DNA of 63,119 nucleotides, counting the filler, from Octopus bimaculoides (lineage: Eukaryota), in assembly GCF_001194135.2 (NCBI RefSeq). It is 3 parts of 3 records of this genome, joined end to end, with 100 filler letters (N's around TTAATTAATTAA, not from the genome) between each part and the next. Parts side by side here need not be neighbours in the genome. Positions count along the whole stretch, not along the records: positions 33,716 to 63,119 come from NC_068990.1; 2 more parts are not named here. The stretch is one strand, 5' to 3'. A program made the position numbers and the translations under genes. Positions 37,786-50,499 of this stretch are shown one piece after another. Position 1 is the stretch's first letter. Each line of letters opens with the position of its first letter. The notes below the pieces were generated by a model. The model was given only the letters and a program-made list of their open reading frames with translations. It was not told where the DNA came from and searched no databases.

Positions 37786-39543
37786 CTGTTTGTATTGATG
37801 TCTGTAATACACTTCATAATAGTGGTGGTGATAGTGGTCATTGTAGTGAAGATAGTGGAGGTGGTAGTGTCGTGNNNNNNNNNNNNNNNNNNNNNNNNNN
37901 NNNNNNNNNNNNNNNNNNNNNNNNNNNNNNNNNNNNNNNNNNNNNNNNNNNNNNNNNNNNNNNNNNNNNNNNNNNNNNNNNNNNNNNNNNNNNNNNNNNN
38001 NNNNNNNNNNNNNNNNNNNNNNNNNNNNNNNNNNNNNNNNNNNNNNNNNNNNNNNNNNNNNNNNNNNNNNNNNNNNNNNNNNNNNNNNTGGGGGTGGTGG
38101 TGGGGGTGGTTGAGTATGGTGGCTTGTGGTGGGAGGTGTCATTGGCATTGATGTGATCATAATGTTTATAAGAGAGAATGGATGACCGGATGGCTGAAAT
38201 AAAACACCAAAAGAATTCACGTTGAGAAGAATCTAAAACTCAAAGAACGAAGTCATTCAGGAAAAAGGAAAGAGAAAAAACAAAAATGGTGATCTATTAA
38301 TGGCATTTCATGCTGTCATTTCTGTGTACCACATACCACATAGCAGGTACATACAAGCACACACCGGTACAGGTACACTTGTACACATACATGACTAAAT
38401 ACACCGAATACATATATATGTATATATGCCTACATACATCAAATACATATACATACCTACATACATGCATAAACACGGATGCATGACATTATCCATACTT
38501 GCTATCTCAGAGAACGTAATCAATGAGATAAGATGTAGAACTGTATCATATGCATGTATGTAGATTTACAATTGATATATAAATTATGTATCTATATACG
38601 CATGTATCTATGTGTGTATATTTAAGTGTGTATGCGTGTGTACAGGTATTGTAAATACATGCATACAAACACACATAGATACATATATACATATAGATAG
38701 ATACATATATAGATACGTGCATACGTACATGCATACATATATGTGTATGAATATATATCGTTGTATGTATTTTTGTAGTATATTTCTATACACAGTCATA
38801 TATATTTCAAATAACAGCTTTAAATTGGGATTCCCAAGCGACAATGAAACCGTCACACCATTAAGGTATCTTTTTCCTGATGAGTAACTAGCTGATCACT
38901 CCTCATTGAGTAATTATTACATCAGAGGATCTGCTAGTTAGGAGACATATATACCCTAGATTTTACAAGAACCATTCCCTCAATTTGGATTTTTATTCGC
39001 ATTCATAACAAATCTAGCTGCTAACCGTGAGATATACAAAATNNNNNNNNNNNNNNNNNNNNNNNNNNNNNNNNNNNNNNNNNNNNNNNNNNNNNNNNNN
39101 NNNNNNNNNNNNNNNNNNNNNNNNNNNNNNNNNNNNNNNNNNNNNNNNNNNNNNNNNNNNNNNNNNNNNNNNNNNNNNNNNNNNNNNNNNNNNNNNNNNN
39201 NNNNNNNNNNNNNNNNNNNNNNNNNNNNNNNNNNNNNNNNNNNNNNNNNNNNNNNNNNNNNNNNNNNNNNNNNNNNNNNNNNNNNNNNNNNNNNNNNNNN
39301 NNNNNNNNNNNNNNNNNNNNNNNNNNNNNNNNNNNNNNNNNNNNNNNNNNNNNNNNNNNNNNNNNNNNNNNNNNNNNNNNNNNNNNNNNNNNNNNNNNNN
39401 NNNNNNNNNNNNNNNNNNNNNNNNNNNNNNNNNNNNNNNNNNNNNNNNNNNNNNNNNNNNNNNNNNNNNNNNNNNNNNNNNNNNNNNNNNNNNNNNNNNN
39501 NNNNNNNNNNNNNNNNNNNNNNNNNNNGTGTATACACACATAC

Positions 39544-39583
<40 letters not shown>

Positions 39584-39604
39584 GCGCGTGTGTGTGTGCT
39601 TGTG

Positions 39605-39735
39605 TGCCTGTGTGTGTTTGTGATGGTGTTTGTCTCTCCACCACCGATTGCCAACCTGTGTTGATGTGTTTCCGTCACCGTAATTAGCATTTCGGCAAGA
39701 CAGACCGAGACAGTAAGCACTAAGCTTAAAGTCCT
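39605..39735 (+). mobile_element. SINE family A 3' body fragment
   Basis: After (TG)n: TTTGTCTCTCCACCACCGATTGCCAACC...TTCGGCAAGACAGACCG. Confidence 0.65.
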
Positions 39736-40106
39736 GGCTTAAAGTACTAAGCTTAAAGCTCAAAGACAATATAATGTATTGGTATATTTATTTTTCTATA
39801 TATTATTTTTTATATATTACTTTTTACTGTTTTGTAAAAAAACATTTTCATTCTCCCTCTTCTTGAAAATTTGCCATGCAATGAAAGCCGGTTAGAAATT
39901 CTTTTTACACATCTATATTAAAATATGCTTTCAGTTTAGCATTCTGCCTTATTATTATTTTTCATTTTCCTATTATTTCTCCATGTGCGGTTAACATAAC
40001 CCCACCATTTACTGACTTGCATATATATATTGACACCCATGCATATATGGGTACAGCGCGTCACCAAGAGTAAACAACATGAAATACGAAAGCAAATGAG
40101 TTCAAT

Positions 40107-40280
40107 ACGCAAACAACGAGAGAAAGAAATGGAGAACATGACAAGGAACACAAAAAACGACCCTTTATCAGTTGTCGGCTGTCTTCGAAATGAGAAGAAG
40201 ATAGACAGCCGACAACTGATGAAGGGTCGATCTTTGTGCTCCTTGTCCTGTTCTCCATTTGTTTTTCTCGTTGTTTGCGT
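40107..40280. repeat. Fold-back hairpin element, 78-bp arms and 18-nt loop
   Basis: 40107-40184 versus 40203-40280 shows about 7 mismatches in 78 bp. Confidence 0.9.
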
Positions 40281-40913
40281 GACATCCTGTAACCATATAT
40301 GCATGCATATATATATATATATATANNNNNNNNNNNNNNNNNNNNNNNNNNNNNNNNNNNNNNNNNNNNNNNNNNNNNNNNNNNNNNNNNNNNNNNNNNN
40401 NNNNNNNNNNNNNNNNNNNNNNNNNNNNNNNNNNNNNNNNNNNNNNNNNNNNNNNNNNNNNNNNNNNNNNNNNNNNNNNNNNNNNNNNNNNNNNNNNNNN
40501 NNNNNNNNNNNNNNNNNNNNNNNNNNNNNNNNNNNNNNNNNNNNNNNNNNNNNNNNNNNNNNNNNNNNNNNNNNNNNNNNNNNNNNNNNNNNNNNNNNNN
40601 NNNNNNNNNNNNNNNNNNNNNNNNNNNNNNNNNNNNNNNNNNNNNNNNNNNNNNNNNNNNNNNNNNNNNNNNNNNNNNNNNNNNNNNNNNNNNNNNNNNN
40701 NNNNNNNNNNNNNNNNNNNNNNNNNNNNNNNNNNNNNNNNNNNNNNNNNNNNNNNNNNNNNNNNNNNNNNNNNNNNNNNNNNNNNNNNNNNNNNNNNNNN
40801 NNNNNNNNNNNNNNNNNNNNNNNNNNNNNNNNNNNNNNNNNNNNNNNNNNNNNNNNNNNNNNNNNNNNNNNNNNNNNNNNNNNNNNNNNNNNNNNNNNNN
40901 NNNNNNNNNNNNN

Positions 40914-41117
40914 TGTTGGTCTCCACAATATCGCTTGACAACCGAAGGTGGTGTGTTTACGTCCCCGTAACCTAGCGGTCCGGCCCAAAGAGACCGATAG
41001 AATAAGTGCTAGGCTTACAAAGATTAAGTCCTGGGGTCGATTTGCTCGACCAAAGGCGGTGCTCCAGCATGGCCGCAGTCAAATGACTGAAACAAGTAAA
41101 AGAGTAAAAGAGTTAAA
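40914..41117 (+). mobile_element. SINE family A 3' body (young, close to the 23738 copy)
   Basis: GTGTGTTTACGTCCCCGTAACCTAGCGG...CCAGCATGGCCGCAGTCAAATGACTGAAACAAGTAAAAGAGTAAAAGAG. Confidence 0.88.
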
Positions 41118-41660
41118 GAGTGTATATACACACAAACATATACATATGCATATGCATACATACACATACAGTCTCTGTATTATTTTGTATATTCTAATTC
41201 CAACAATTTGACTCTTTCTCTATCTCAGCTGCTCTCTCATTTTCTCCCAGTCTATAACTCTTTCCTTCTTTTTCTATCGTTCACCGCTGTCGCTGTCTTT
41301 CCGACAAACAAACACACAGACATACACAAACTCACTCACACATACACACACTCCATCTTTCTTTCTCTGTCTCATTCTTTCACTCTTTGTCTCATATTTT
41401 AATCTATGCTATAAGCAACGTATTTTTCCTTCATATGACCATAATTTCTTTCATTCAGAATTCCTTCTTTATTTTTTGATCTTTTTTTTGTTTTTGTTTT
41501 TGGTTCTAACTCCTTCTTTACGCGTTTTATTTCTTCGCCTTTCTAATTAATACCATTTATGAAAAGAAGATGAAAAATGCACGCGCGCGCGCACGCACAC
41601 CTCCGCATACATACACACATGCACACACACGCACACATTCTCTCATACACACATGCAGAC

Positions 41661-41698
<38 letters not shown>

Positions 41699-42602
41699 NN
41701 NNNNNNNNNNNNNNNNNNNNNNNNNNNNNNNNNNNNNNNNNNNNNNNNNNNNNNNNNNNNNNNNNNNNNNNNNNNNNNNNNNNNNNNNNNNNNNNNNNNN
41801 NNNNNNNNNNNNNNNNNNNNNNNNNNNNNNNNNNNNNNNNNNNNNNNNNNNNNNNNNNNNNNNNNNNNNNNNNNNNNNNNNNNNNNNNNNNNNNNNNNNN
41901 NNNNNNNNNNNNNNNNNNNNNNNNNNNNNNNNNNNNNNNNNNNNNNNNNNNNNNNNNNNNNNNNNNNNNNNNNNNNNNNNNNNNNNNNNNNNNNNNNNNN
42001 NNNNNNNNNNNNNNNNNNNNNNNNNNNNNNNNNNNNNNNNNNNNNNNNNNNNNNNNNNNNNNNNNNNNNNNNNNNNNNNNNNNNNNNNNNNNNNNNNNNN
42101 NNNNNNNNNNNNNNNNNNNNNNNNNNNNNNNNNNNNNNNNNNNNNNNNNNNNNNNNNNNNNNNNNNNNNNNNNNNNNNNNNNNNNNNNNNNNNNNNNNNN
42201 NNNNNNNNNNNNNNNNNNNNNNNNNNNNNNNNNNNNNNNNNNNNNNNNNNNNNNNNNNNNNNNNNNNNNNNNNNNNNNNNNNNNNNNNNNNNNNNNNNNN
42301 NNNNNNNNNNNNNNNNNNNNNNNNNNNNNNNNNNNNNNNNNNNNNNNNNNNNNNNNNNNNNNNNNNNNNNNNNNNNNNNNNNNNNNNNNNNNNNNNNNNN
42401 NNNNNNNNNNNNNNNNNNNNNNNNNNNNNNNNNNTCTGTTTAAAACGCAGCAGATGACAACCTCTATTTTCGTCCTTCAGTGAGCCGACAAAATGCTGGA
42501 CTATTGACATAATGGAATCGAGTTAACCGACTAAATCTCTCCTCCATATTTGGTAGATTTGTTCCATTATTATCAGTACCATCATCATCATCATCATCAT
42601 CA

Positions 42603-42666
<64 letters not shown>

Positions 42667-42669
42667 CAT

Positions 42670-43007
42670 TATTACATTTTACTTCTCAGAGCTCTGTCTT
42701 ACTTGCTCTGATTGGTTCTGTGAAGCGAGCATCAGCCTGTTGTTAGAGGTCTCAGAGGGCCTTACCGCAAATTTTAAGACTTGGAACATGGCTGTTAAGC
42801 GTTGTGAAAGCTAGTGGAAGATGTTCAATACCCAAGCACCAGTCTCTAAATCCTAGCTGTACCCAGTAGAGCAGTAGAGCAGTTATATGCTCTGCCTTCA
42901 CGCCAGTTCCAATTTCTCCGACATATTTCTCGAGCTTTGTTGTTAGTGCTCTGAGTGCCCCTATAACTACTGGGATAACAATTACTCTCTTGATTGCCAT
43001 ATTCCAG
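42670..43007 (-). mobile_element. 5'-truncated R4/Dong-type LINE 3' end with (TAA)n tail
   Basis: WNMAIKRVIVIPVVIGALRALTTKLEKYVGEIG, then after a shift ALLGTARI*RLVLGY*, a ~150-nt 3' UTR and (AAT)n at about 42604-42670. Confidence 0.85.
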
Positions 43008-43660
43008 ACGGTGAGCTGGCAGAATAGTTAAGCACGCTGGACGAAATGCTTACCGACATTTCGTCCGTCTTTACGTTCTGAGTTCAAATTCCGCTGAGGT
43101 CGACATTGTCTTTTATCCTTTCGGGATCATTAAAATAAGTACCAGTTGAGCACTGGGGTCGATGTTATCGGTTTACCACACTCCCCGAAATTACTGGCCT
43201 TGTACCAAAATTTTAAATCATTATTATTTTTATTATTATTCTCATTGTTCTTGCTGCTGTTGCTTGTAAAGGCGGCGAACTGGCAGCATTGTTAGCACGC
43301 TGGGTAAAATGCAAAGTAATATTTCTTGATTATTTATGTTCTGAGTTGAAATGATGTCGTTCACCCTTTCAGGGTTGATGAATTTAGAACCAGTTAATTT
43401 CTGGTGTGTATGTAATGAACTAGCCTCATCCTACTAAATTCCATGTCATATGCCTATACCATAAAGGACTTTATTATTTAGGTGGTGAAATGGCGGGATC
43501 GTTTGTACAAAAGGCTTAGTGGCATTTCATCCTTCTTTACGTTCTGAGTTGAAATTCCGCTAAGGTAGATTTTGTCGTTAAAATCAATACTAGTTGAGCA
43601 CTAAGATCGATGTAATCGATTTACTCCCTCTACCAAAATTGTTGGCCTTGTGTCAAAGTC
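43008..43660 (+). mobile_element. Three head-to-tail SINE family B copies of differing divergence
   Basis: Heads at about 43010 (GGTGAGCTGGCAGAATAG), 43270 (GGCGGCGAACTGGCAGC) and 43482 (GGTGGTGAAATGGCGGG), separated or followed by ATT runs. (ATT)n at 43661-43747. Confidence 0.8.
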
Positions 43661-43677
43661 GTTATTATTATTATTAC

Positions 43678-43748
<71 letters not shown>

Positions 43749-44242
43749 GCTGCGGAATACGCAAGGCTTTCTTTCGAACACGCTTCGTAAGTTAGGTTTT
43801 AAATTGTGTTGTTCACCCTGTCTTTACAAATATATAGTATTAACTTTTCTTAGAAACCGACAATAAGAACACCGAAAACCTTTTGGCAGGTTTAAGATGG
43901 CTGTTTCTGCCCCGTAAGGGAGTAGTATTATTCATTTAATTATCTATTGCACTCAGAAAAGGCCCCATCTAGTGTGTAAAAAAAAGAACGCAAACACACA
44001 AGATGGTGTCGTCATCATCACCATTACTATTGACATCAGCAACCATCATGGGAGCGTTGAGATGGAAAGCAGTTCCTCCCATCAACCCTCCCGCAGAAGA
44101 AGATTCCCTCCTCCTCATATCTCTCACTCCCAGCGTCAACAACAACAACAACAACAACAGCAACAACCTAAGCAATGTGAGAACTCGCGAAGCATGTGAT
44201 ATCAGTAGCAGACACAAGAATCTTTTGAAAGTAATGTATAAC

Positions 44243-44448
44243 GTGTACAGCAAAAAATACGAAGTACGAGTACATGGAATATGAACTATTTTTTTCGAAC
44301 AACGAAAGACACAAATGGAAAACAAGACATACAACACAAAGAACGCCCCTTCATAAGTTGTTTGTCTTGTTTTCCATTTGTGCCTTTCGTTGTTCGAAAA
44401 AATAGTTCATATTCCATGTACTTGTACTTCGTATTTTTTGTTGTACAC
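44243..44448. repeat. Fold-back hairpin element, ~92-bp arms and 21-nt loop, same family as 40107-40280
   Basis: 44243-44335 versus 44357-44448. Shares CAAATGGA.AACA.GACA, CACAAAGAACG.CCCTTCAT.AGTTGT and the flank GTGAC(G/A)TCCTGT with the 40-kb copy. Confidence 0.88.
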
Positions 44449-44516
44449 TTTTCGTGACGTCCTGTGCTCACATATGCAAATATATATACGCATAGATGTA
44501 AGTATGTACATATACG

Positions 44517-44560
<44 letters not shown>

Positions 44561-45254
44561 CATACATGCATACATACATACATATACTTACATACATTTA
44601 TATGTGTGTATGTACATATACATAGATCTACATTTATCTATCTATCTGTCTAACTCTATCTATTTNNNNNNNNNNNNNNNNNNNNNNNNNNNNNNNNNNN
44701 NNNNNNNNNNNNNNNNNNNNNNNNNNNNNNNNNNNNNNNNNNNNNNNNNNNNNNNNNNNNNNNNNNNNNNNNNNNNNNNNNNNNNNNNNNNNNNNNNNNN
44801 NNNNNNNNNNNNNNNNNNNNNNNNNNNNNNNNNNNNNNNNNNNNNNNNTATATATATATATATATATGTGCATACGTGTATTAGCAATTGATTGAACAAT
44901 AATACTCTTTGTTGATTCTTCGCTATCTGTATTTATCTTGTTAAAGATTTCCTAAATGATGATAACCTGCTGATACCTTTTTGTCTATAGATGTGATATG
45001 TCTTGACTAGAAGCGGAAATCAATCTGTTACACTATTTCTATGATAAGCCACATACTCCACGTGTTCTGAAAGACTTTTTCTGATAGTGAGAAAAGACAT
45101 TGGTTCTCGGAGATAGTTTACCAGTTCTTCAAATTTCATTCTGTTGATGGTGGCATTGCGTAACCGCATGTGGCTGCATTGTTTGCCAGAATGCTGTCTA
45201 TGTTTACAACTCAGAGTTCCTCATGTAAAGTAAAGTCGTTCTGTTAGTAGTTAT

Positions 45255-45545
45255 ATATGGCACTCCGTCGATTACGACGATGAGGGTTCTAGTTGATCCG
45301 CTCACCAGAACAGCCTGCTCGTGAAATTAGCGTGTAAGTGGCTGAGTGCTCTCCAGGCACGTATACCCTTAACGTAGTTCTCAAGACGATTGAGTGTGAG
45401 ACTGAAATGTGATAAGGCTAGTTCTTTGAAATGCAGGTACTACTCCTTTTTGCCAGCTGAGTGGAATGGATCAACGCGAAATAAAGTGTCTTGCGAAAGG
45501 ACACAACGCGTCGCCAGGAATTGAACTCACAACCTTACGAATATC
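45255..45545 (-). mobile_element. SINE family C copy, head truncated
   Basis: Reverse complement of 13470-13760. Confidence 0.85.
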
Positions 45546-45577
45546 CTAACGATTAAACCAAATAATGTGCCCTCAGT

Positions 45578-45647
<70 letters not shown>

Positions 45648-46142
45648 NNNNNNNNNNNNNNNNNNNNNNNNNNNNNNNNNNNNNNNNNNNNNNNNNNNNN
45701 NNNNNNNNNNNNNNNNNNNNNNNNNNNNNNNNNNNNNNNNNNNNNNNNNNNNNNNNNNNNNNNNNNNNNNNNNNNNNNNNNNNNNNNNNNNNNNNNNNNN
45801 NNNNNNNNNNNNNNNNNNNNNNNNNNNNNNNNNNNNNNNNNNNNNNNNNNNNNNNNNNNNNNNNNNNNNNNNNNNNNNNNNNNNNNNNNNNNNNNNNNNN
45901 NNNNNNNNNNNNNNNNNNNNNNNNNNNNNNNNNNNNNNNNNNNNNNNNNNNNNNNNNNNNNNNNNNNNNNNNNNNNNNNNNNNNNNNNNNNNNNNNNNNN
46001 NNNNNNNNNNNNNNNNNNNNNNNNNNNNNNNNNNNNNNNNNNNNNNNNNNNNNNNNNNNNNNNNNNNNNNNNNNNNNNNNNNNNNNNNNNNNNNNNNNNN
46101 NNNNNNNNNNNNNNNNNNNNNNNNNNNNNNNNNNNNNNNNNN

Positions 46143-46530
46143 ATGGAATTAAAAATTATTTTTATGCATTTGCGGAAAATGGATCTTCTATCAAAATGTT
46201 AAACTTCGTAAACAGTAGCTTGGTAAAAGGGAAAAAGCTCGACCACAACCGAGAAGAGAACTTCATGTGAAAAAGGTTCTTCTCTCGTCTCTCTATGGGA
46301 TTGCAAAGGAGTAATTCACTTTCAATTGTTACCACTTAATGCAACAATCAATGCTCAAATCTGCTGTCAGCAATTAAAACGTTTGAACTAAGGTTTGAAG
46401 AAAAAAAGTCCCGCTTTAGTGAATCGAAAAGGAGTGATGTTTCATCAGGACAATGTGCGACCCCACACTGCAAAGATCACATCACAGAAGATCGAAGAGC
46501 TTGGTTGGGAAAAATTCCTCATCCACCTTA
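46143..46530 (+). pseudogene. Mariner transposase catalytic-domain fragment
   Basis: ARPQPRRELHVKKVLLS...DCKGVIHFQLLPLNATINAQICCQQLKRLN*GLKKKSPALVNRKGVMFHQDNVRPHTAKITSQKIEELGWEK then PHP. Contains the mariner HQDNARPH motif, stops and frameshifts. Confidence 0.92.
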
Positions 46531-46604
46531 TTCACACACATGTATTTACGCTATTTATCTGTGTTTATTCTTCTGTCTATCTATCGTAATTGTAGGAGTA
46601 GTTG

Positions 46605-46805
46605 TTTCTAATTCAGGTACAAGGGCCAGCAAGTAAGAGGGACGAGGCTGTTCGCCACCGTCCACCATAGTACTTGACAGATACTTTAATTCATAAAGCC
46701 CAGAGAGATGGAAGTCAGGGCTGACAGGTTTGAACTCAGAACTTAAAGAGCCGTGACAAATATCGCAAGGCAATTTTCCGGCACTCCAACATCTCTGCTA
46801 ACCTA
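46605..46805 (-). mobile_element. Degenerate SINE family B copy beside (GAT)n
   Basis: TTTGAACTCAGAACTTAAAGAGCCG...AAATATCGCAAGGCAATTTTCCGGCACTCCAAC. Confidence 0.65.
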
Positions 46806-47355
46806 AGATTTTCAAGACGACGTCGGCTATGATGATGATGATGATGATGATGTTTATGATGATGACGATGCTGATGGTGGTTGTGTTGGTGGTGGTGGTA
46901 ATGCTGGTTGCTGTAGTGTCGAGGGAGAAAGAAGGCGTCATGTAGAATGATCATGTTTTTAAACGATCACAGTTATTCACATATGTGGGCTATCTCTTGT
47001 ATTTGAATTGACCCTAATATATGATTGGTTTACTATTTTGTGGATTCCCTCAAAGAAAATAAAGAAGGTTCTAGCTGCGTCTCGATCCTATATTGTGCAT
47101 GATTAACATCGCCATCACTTACATATTCAAGAACCAATTCTTAAGACTTTATTGAAGATGTCCGGCACTATCTTAGAATCATAAAAATATAATCTAGTTT
47201 CCATATATTTCGTCTAACTTCCTAAATTTCAACATCTTACCTTACAGATTAAATTATGTAGTAAACATATAGCTCTACCTGTCTTAGATAATTAGAATTC
47301 AAACATTTTGGTGTATGATATAGCTATTTGATCATATACACCGAATATCATACAG

Positions 47356-47387
<32 letters not shown>

Positions 47388-49337
47388 GTGTATATATATA
47401 TATACATATATATATTTATATATATATATATATANNNNNNNNNNNNNNNNNNNNNNNNNNNNNNNNNNNNNNNNNNNNNNNNNNNNNNNNNNNNNNNNNN
47501 NNNNNNNNNNNNNNNNNNNNNNNNNNNNNNNNNNNNNNNNNNNNNNNNNNNNNNNNNNNNNNNNNNNNNNNNNNNNNNNNNNNNNNNNNNNNNNNNNNNN
47601 NNNNNNNNNNNNNNNNNNNNNNNNNNNNNNNNNNNNNNNNNNNNNNNNNNNNNNNNNNNNNNNNNNNNNNNNNNNNNNNNNNNNNNNNNNNNNNNNNNNN
47701 NNNNNNNNNNNNNNNNNNNNNNNNNNNNNNNNNNNNNNNNNNNNNNNNNNNNNNNNNNNNNNNNNNNNNNNNNNNNNNNNNNNNNNNNNNNNNNNNNNNN
47801 NNNNNNNNNNNNNNNNNNNNNNNNNNNNNNNNNNNNNNNNNNNNNNNNNNNNNNNNNNNNNNNNNNNNNNNNNNNNNNNNNNNNNNNNNNNNNNNNNNNN
47901 NNNNNNNNNNNNNNNNNNNNNNTATATATATATATATATGTATATATATTTACTCGCTACATACAGACGCAGATATTCAGACATGTGTGTATGTGTGTAT
48001 GTATACACTATACACACGCTAGAAATTGATATAATTATACATGACTAAAATGCCAATAGTATTTTAATAATTGACATATCAATACTGAGTGAAGTATATT
48101 ACAGTGCTGACGTCAGCTGAGAAGCCACTAAACAGCTCTGAATTAGCAATTACATTAAAATCCATTCTTGTATGTAAGTAATGTGTCCATTATTGTATCT
48201 GAAAGTTGGTACAACTGGAATTATATGCTATCACTTTGGTATAGATGCTGACATGTTTCCCACCGGCCACAAATATGTAACGGAAGGAGTATATAAAACG
48301 GGAGTATTTAGCAGCAAGAATCCATAACAAGAGGAATATATATCTACAAGAGTATATAACGAGATTACGTAAGACAGGTTTTACAACAAAAGTATTCACT
48401 AACAGTAGTATATAATCAGAAGGATAATGTAATAGTAGGACTGTACAAAAACAGAGAGGTATATAAATAACTAGACGAATATAATAACATAGGTATCTCA
48501 GAGAACGGATATATAGAACAAACTGTAACCACGACGCTAAATATCGCACATAACAACATCACTGAAATTAAAGAATTCTAAGAACAAACATCACGAAGTA
48601 CCTATCATATGCATTAAGAATACGGAAACAAGATCACTCTCAGCTCATGCAAATGAAATATGGTCTACTTGATAGTATGTTGAAGAGAAATTTAACAAAA
48701 TGTGAATCGATAAAATTTATGCAGTTTGAAGAAAGACCATAAACCAGTAAGATATCGTATATCATTAAAAACATTGTGCCATTATGAAGCAAACTAATCA
48801 TGCATTAGAAATAATTACACGCCAAATAAATGTAGATATAACGTGTATGAACAGGTAATGTACGTCAGAATGTTTGTAATAGCAAAAACTGTCGGTGTCG
48901 AATTCTTTGAATCTAGAAGAAAACATAGAACTGAATCAATCTTGAAATAAAAAAAAAAATACAACAGGAAATTAGCGGAAAGAGAAATGATACTGCAATA
49001 AAACGTGCGTAGTGAAAAACAAAAACATGAAAATATCAGCCATGAAAATAGGAATGTTATGTCGGAGTGTTATGATTAAGGATGAACAAGTATTCAAAAG
49101 AACTAAATAAAGATTACCTGAACAGGTGAAAGCCAAAATATTGAAGAATACATAGTCTTGAGAAAAGGATCTTGTAATTAAAAAATAATAATAAAATGTT
49201 CCGAGATGATCTTCACATGAAATTTAAGAAAAGTTCTTCACATGGAATTAAACAACAAAACTATAATTGTTGAGCAGGAATGATATAGAATACGATTGAA
49301 GAAAAATAAGGCAAGTTGAAAAAAAAAGAAAACAGAA

Positions 49338-49419
<82 letters not shown>

Positions 49420-49469
49420 CATATGAAAGAAAGGGAAACAATCAATGAAACAAAATAAGAGATCAAACC

Positions 49470-50035
49470 ATGTATAGCCACAAGGTAAACAGATATAACA
49501 CCTCTCCTATTCTGTTTATCTCTTGTACCATTAAGTATATGCCTAAATTCTAGAGGAAATATTTACTGGTTTGGTGGGACAGCATAAAAAAAAGTATAGA
49601 GATCCAAAAATCAATATGGCGTTTTGGGTTGGAGAATATCACAAGCACAACTTTAAATGAAGTATTCAGAGTTAATAAAAACTGACACTGACATCAAACA
49701 TGAACTAGAAAGAAGAAATATTATAAAAGTAAGGTTGAAGATGGAGAAATACAACAAAACTAAATGAAGATGTGTGATTTTAAATTAAAATATCTAACAA
49801 GGAAGACGCTAAAAAGTGAACTTGATTCAAAATATATGATGAAAGTCACAACCTCACAGGTTGTCTTGGCGATAGATACAATATGATAGATAGACTGGAA
49901 TACAACTAGGCAACAAGGAAAGCATTAGCAAAATTCAAATTTGCATCCATCAAACGTTGACAGCCATGCCATATTTGAATTTCTGAATATAATGGATTAA
50001 GGATCTTACACAAAGATTAAGAATGGTTTCAGAGC
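49470..50035 (+). pseudogene. Decayed R4/Dong-type LINE reverse transcriptase (may extend upstream to about 48550)
   Basis: Across frameshifts: QG..DITPLLFCLSLVPLSICLN (R4 QGDSLSPLLFCL.L.PLS), INMAFGLEN, LKSELDSKYMMKVTTSQVV...IDW, TRKAL and HPSNVD. Confidence 0.7.
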
Positions 50036-50059
50036 CTGTGTAATAGGCTTGAACTCGTA

Positions 50060-50420
50060 CTAGCTTCCCAACCACATGGTTCCGTGTTCAGACCCACTGT
50101 GTGGCATTTAGGTGTCTTCTACGATCACGGGACGACCAAAGCATTTGTGAGTGGATTTCGTAGACCGAAACTGAAAGAAGCCTGTCATATGTACTCACAC
50201 GCCCGTGTGTTTGTGTCTGTGTTTGTCCCCCACCGCTGCTTGACAACAAGTGTTGGTTTATTTACGTCCTCGTAATTTAGCGATTTGGCAAAAGAGACCG
50301 ATAAAATATGTACCAGGCTTTTAAAAATGCTCTGGAGTCGATTCGTTCGACTAAAATTTAAGGCGGTGCCTCAGCATGACCGCAGTTAAATAAGTGAAAC
50401 GAGTAAAAAGTAAGATAAAG
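50060..50420 (+). mobile_element. SINE family A copy with an unexpanded internal linker
   Basis: Head and body are joined by only ~25 nt (ATATGTACTCACACGCCCGTGTGTTTG). Confidence 0.85.
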
Positions 50421-50499
50421 AAAAAAGTCCGCATTCAATGCATAACATTCCCAGAAATATACGTCACGTGTCTTTACTTATTTCATGCCCGGATACAAT

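Noticed and set aside
38875-38930. CTGATGA hammerhead-like start (also at about 40216, 55214 and 60487)
   Set aside because: No properly placed stem II-GAAA-stem III-UH follows.
44003-44200. Coding-looking stretch beside (AAC)n with open frames on both strands
   Set aside because: Low complexity explains the open frames, and no domain or splice context was found.
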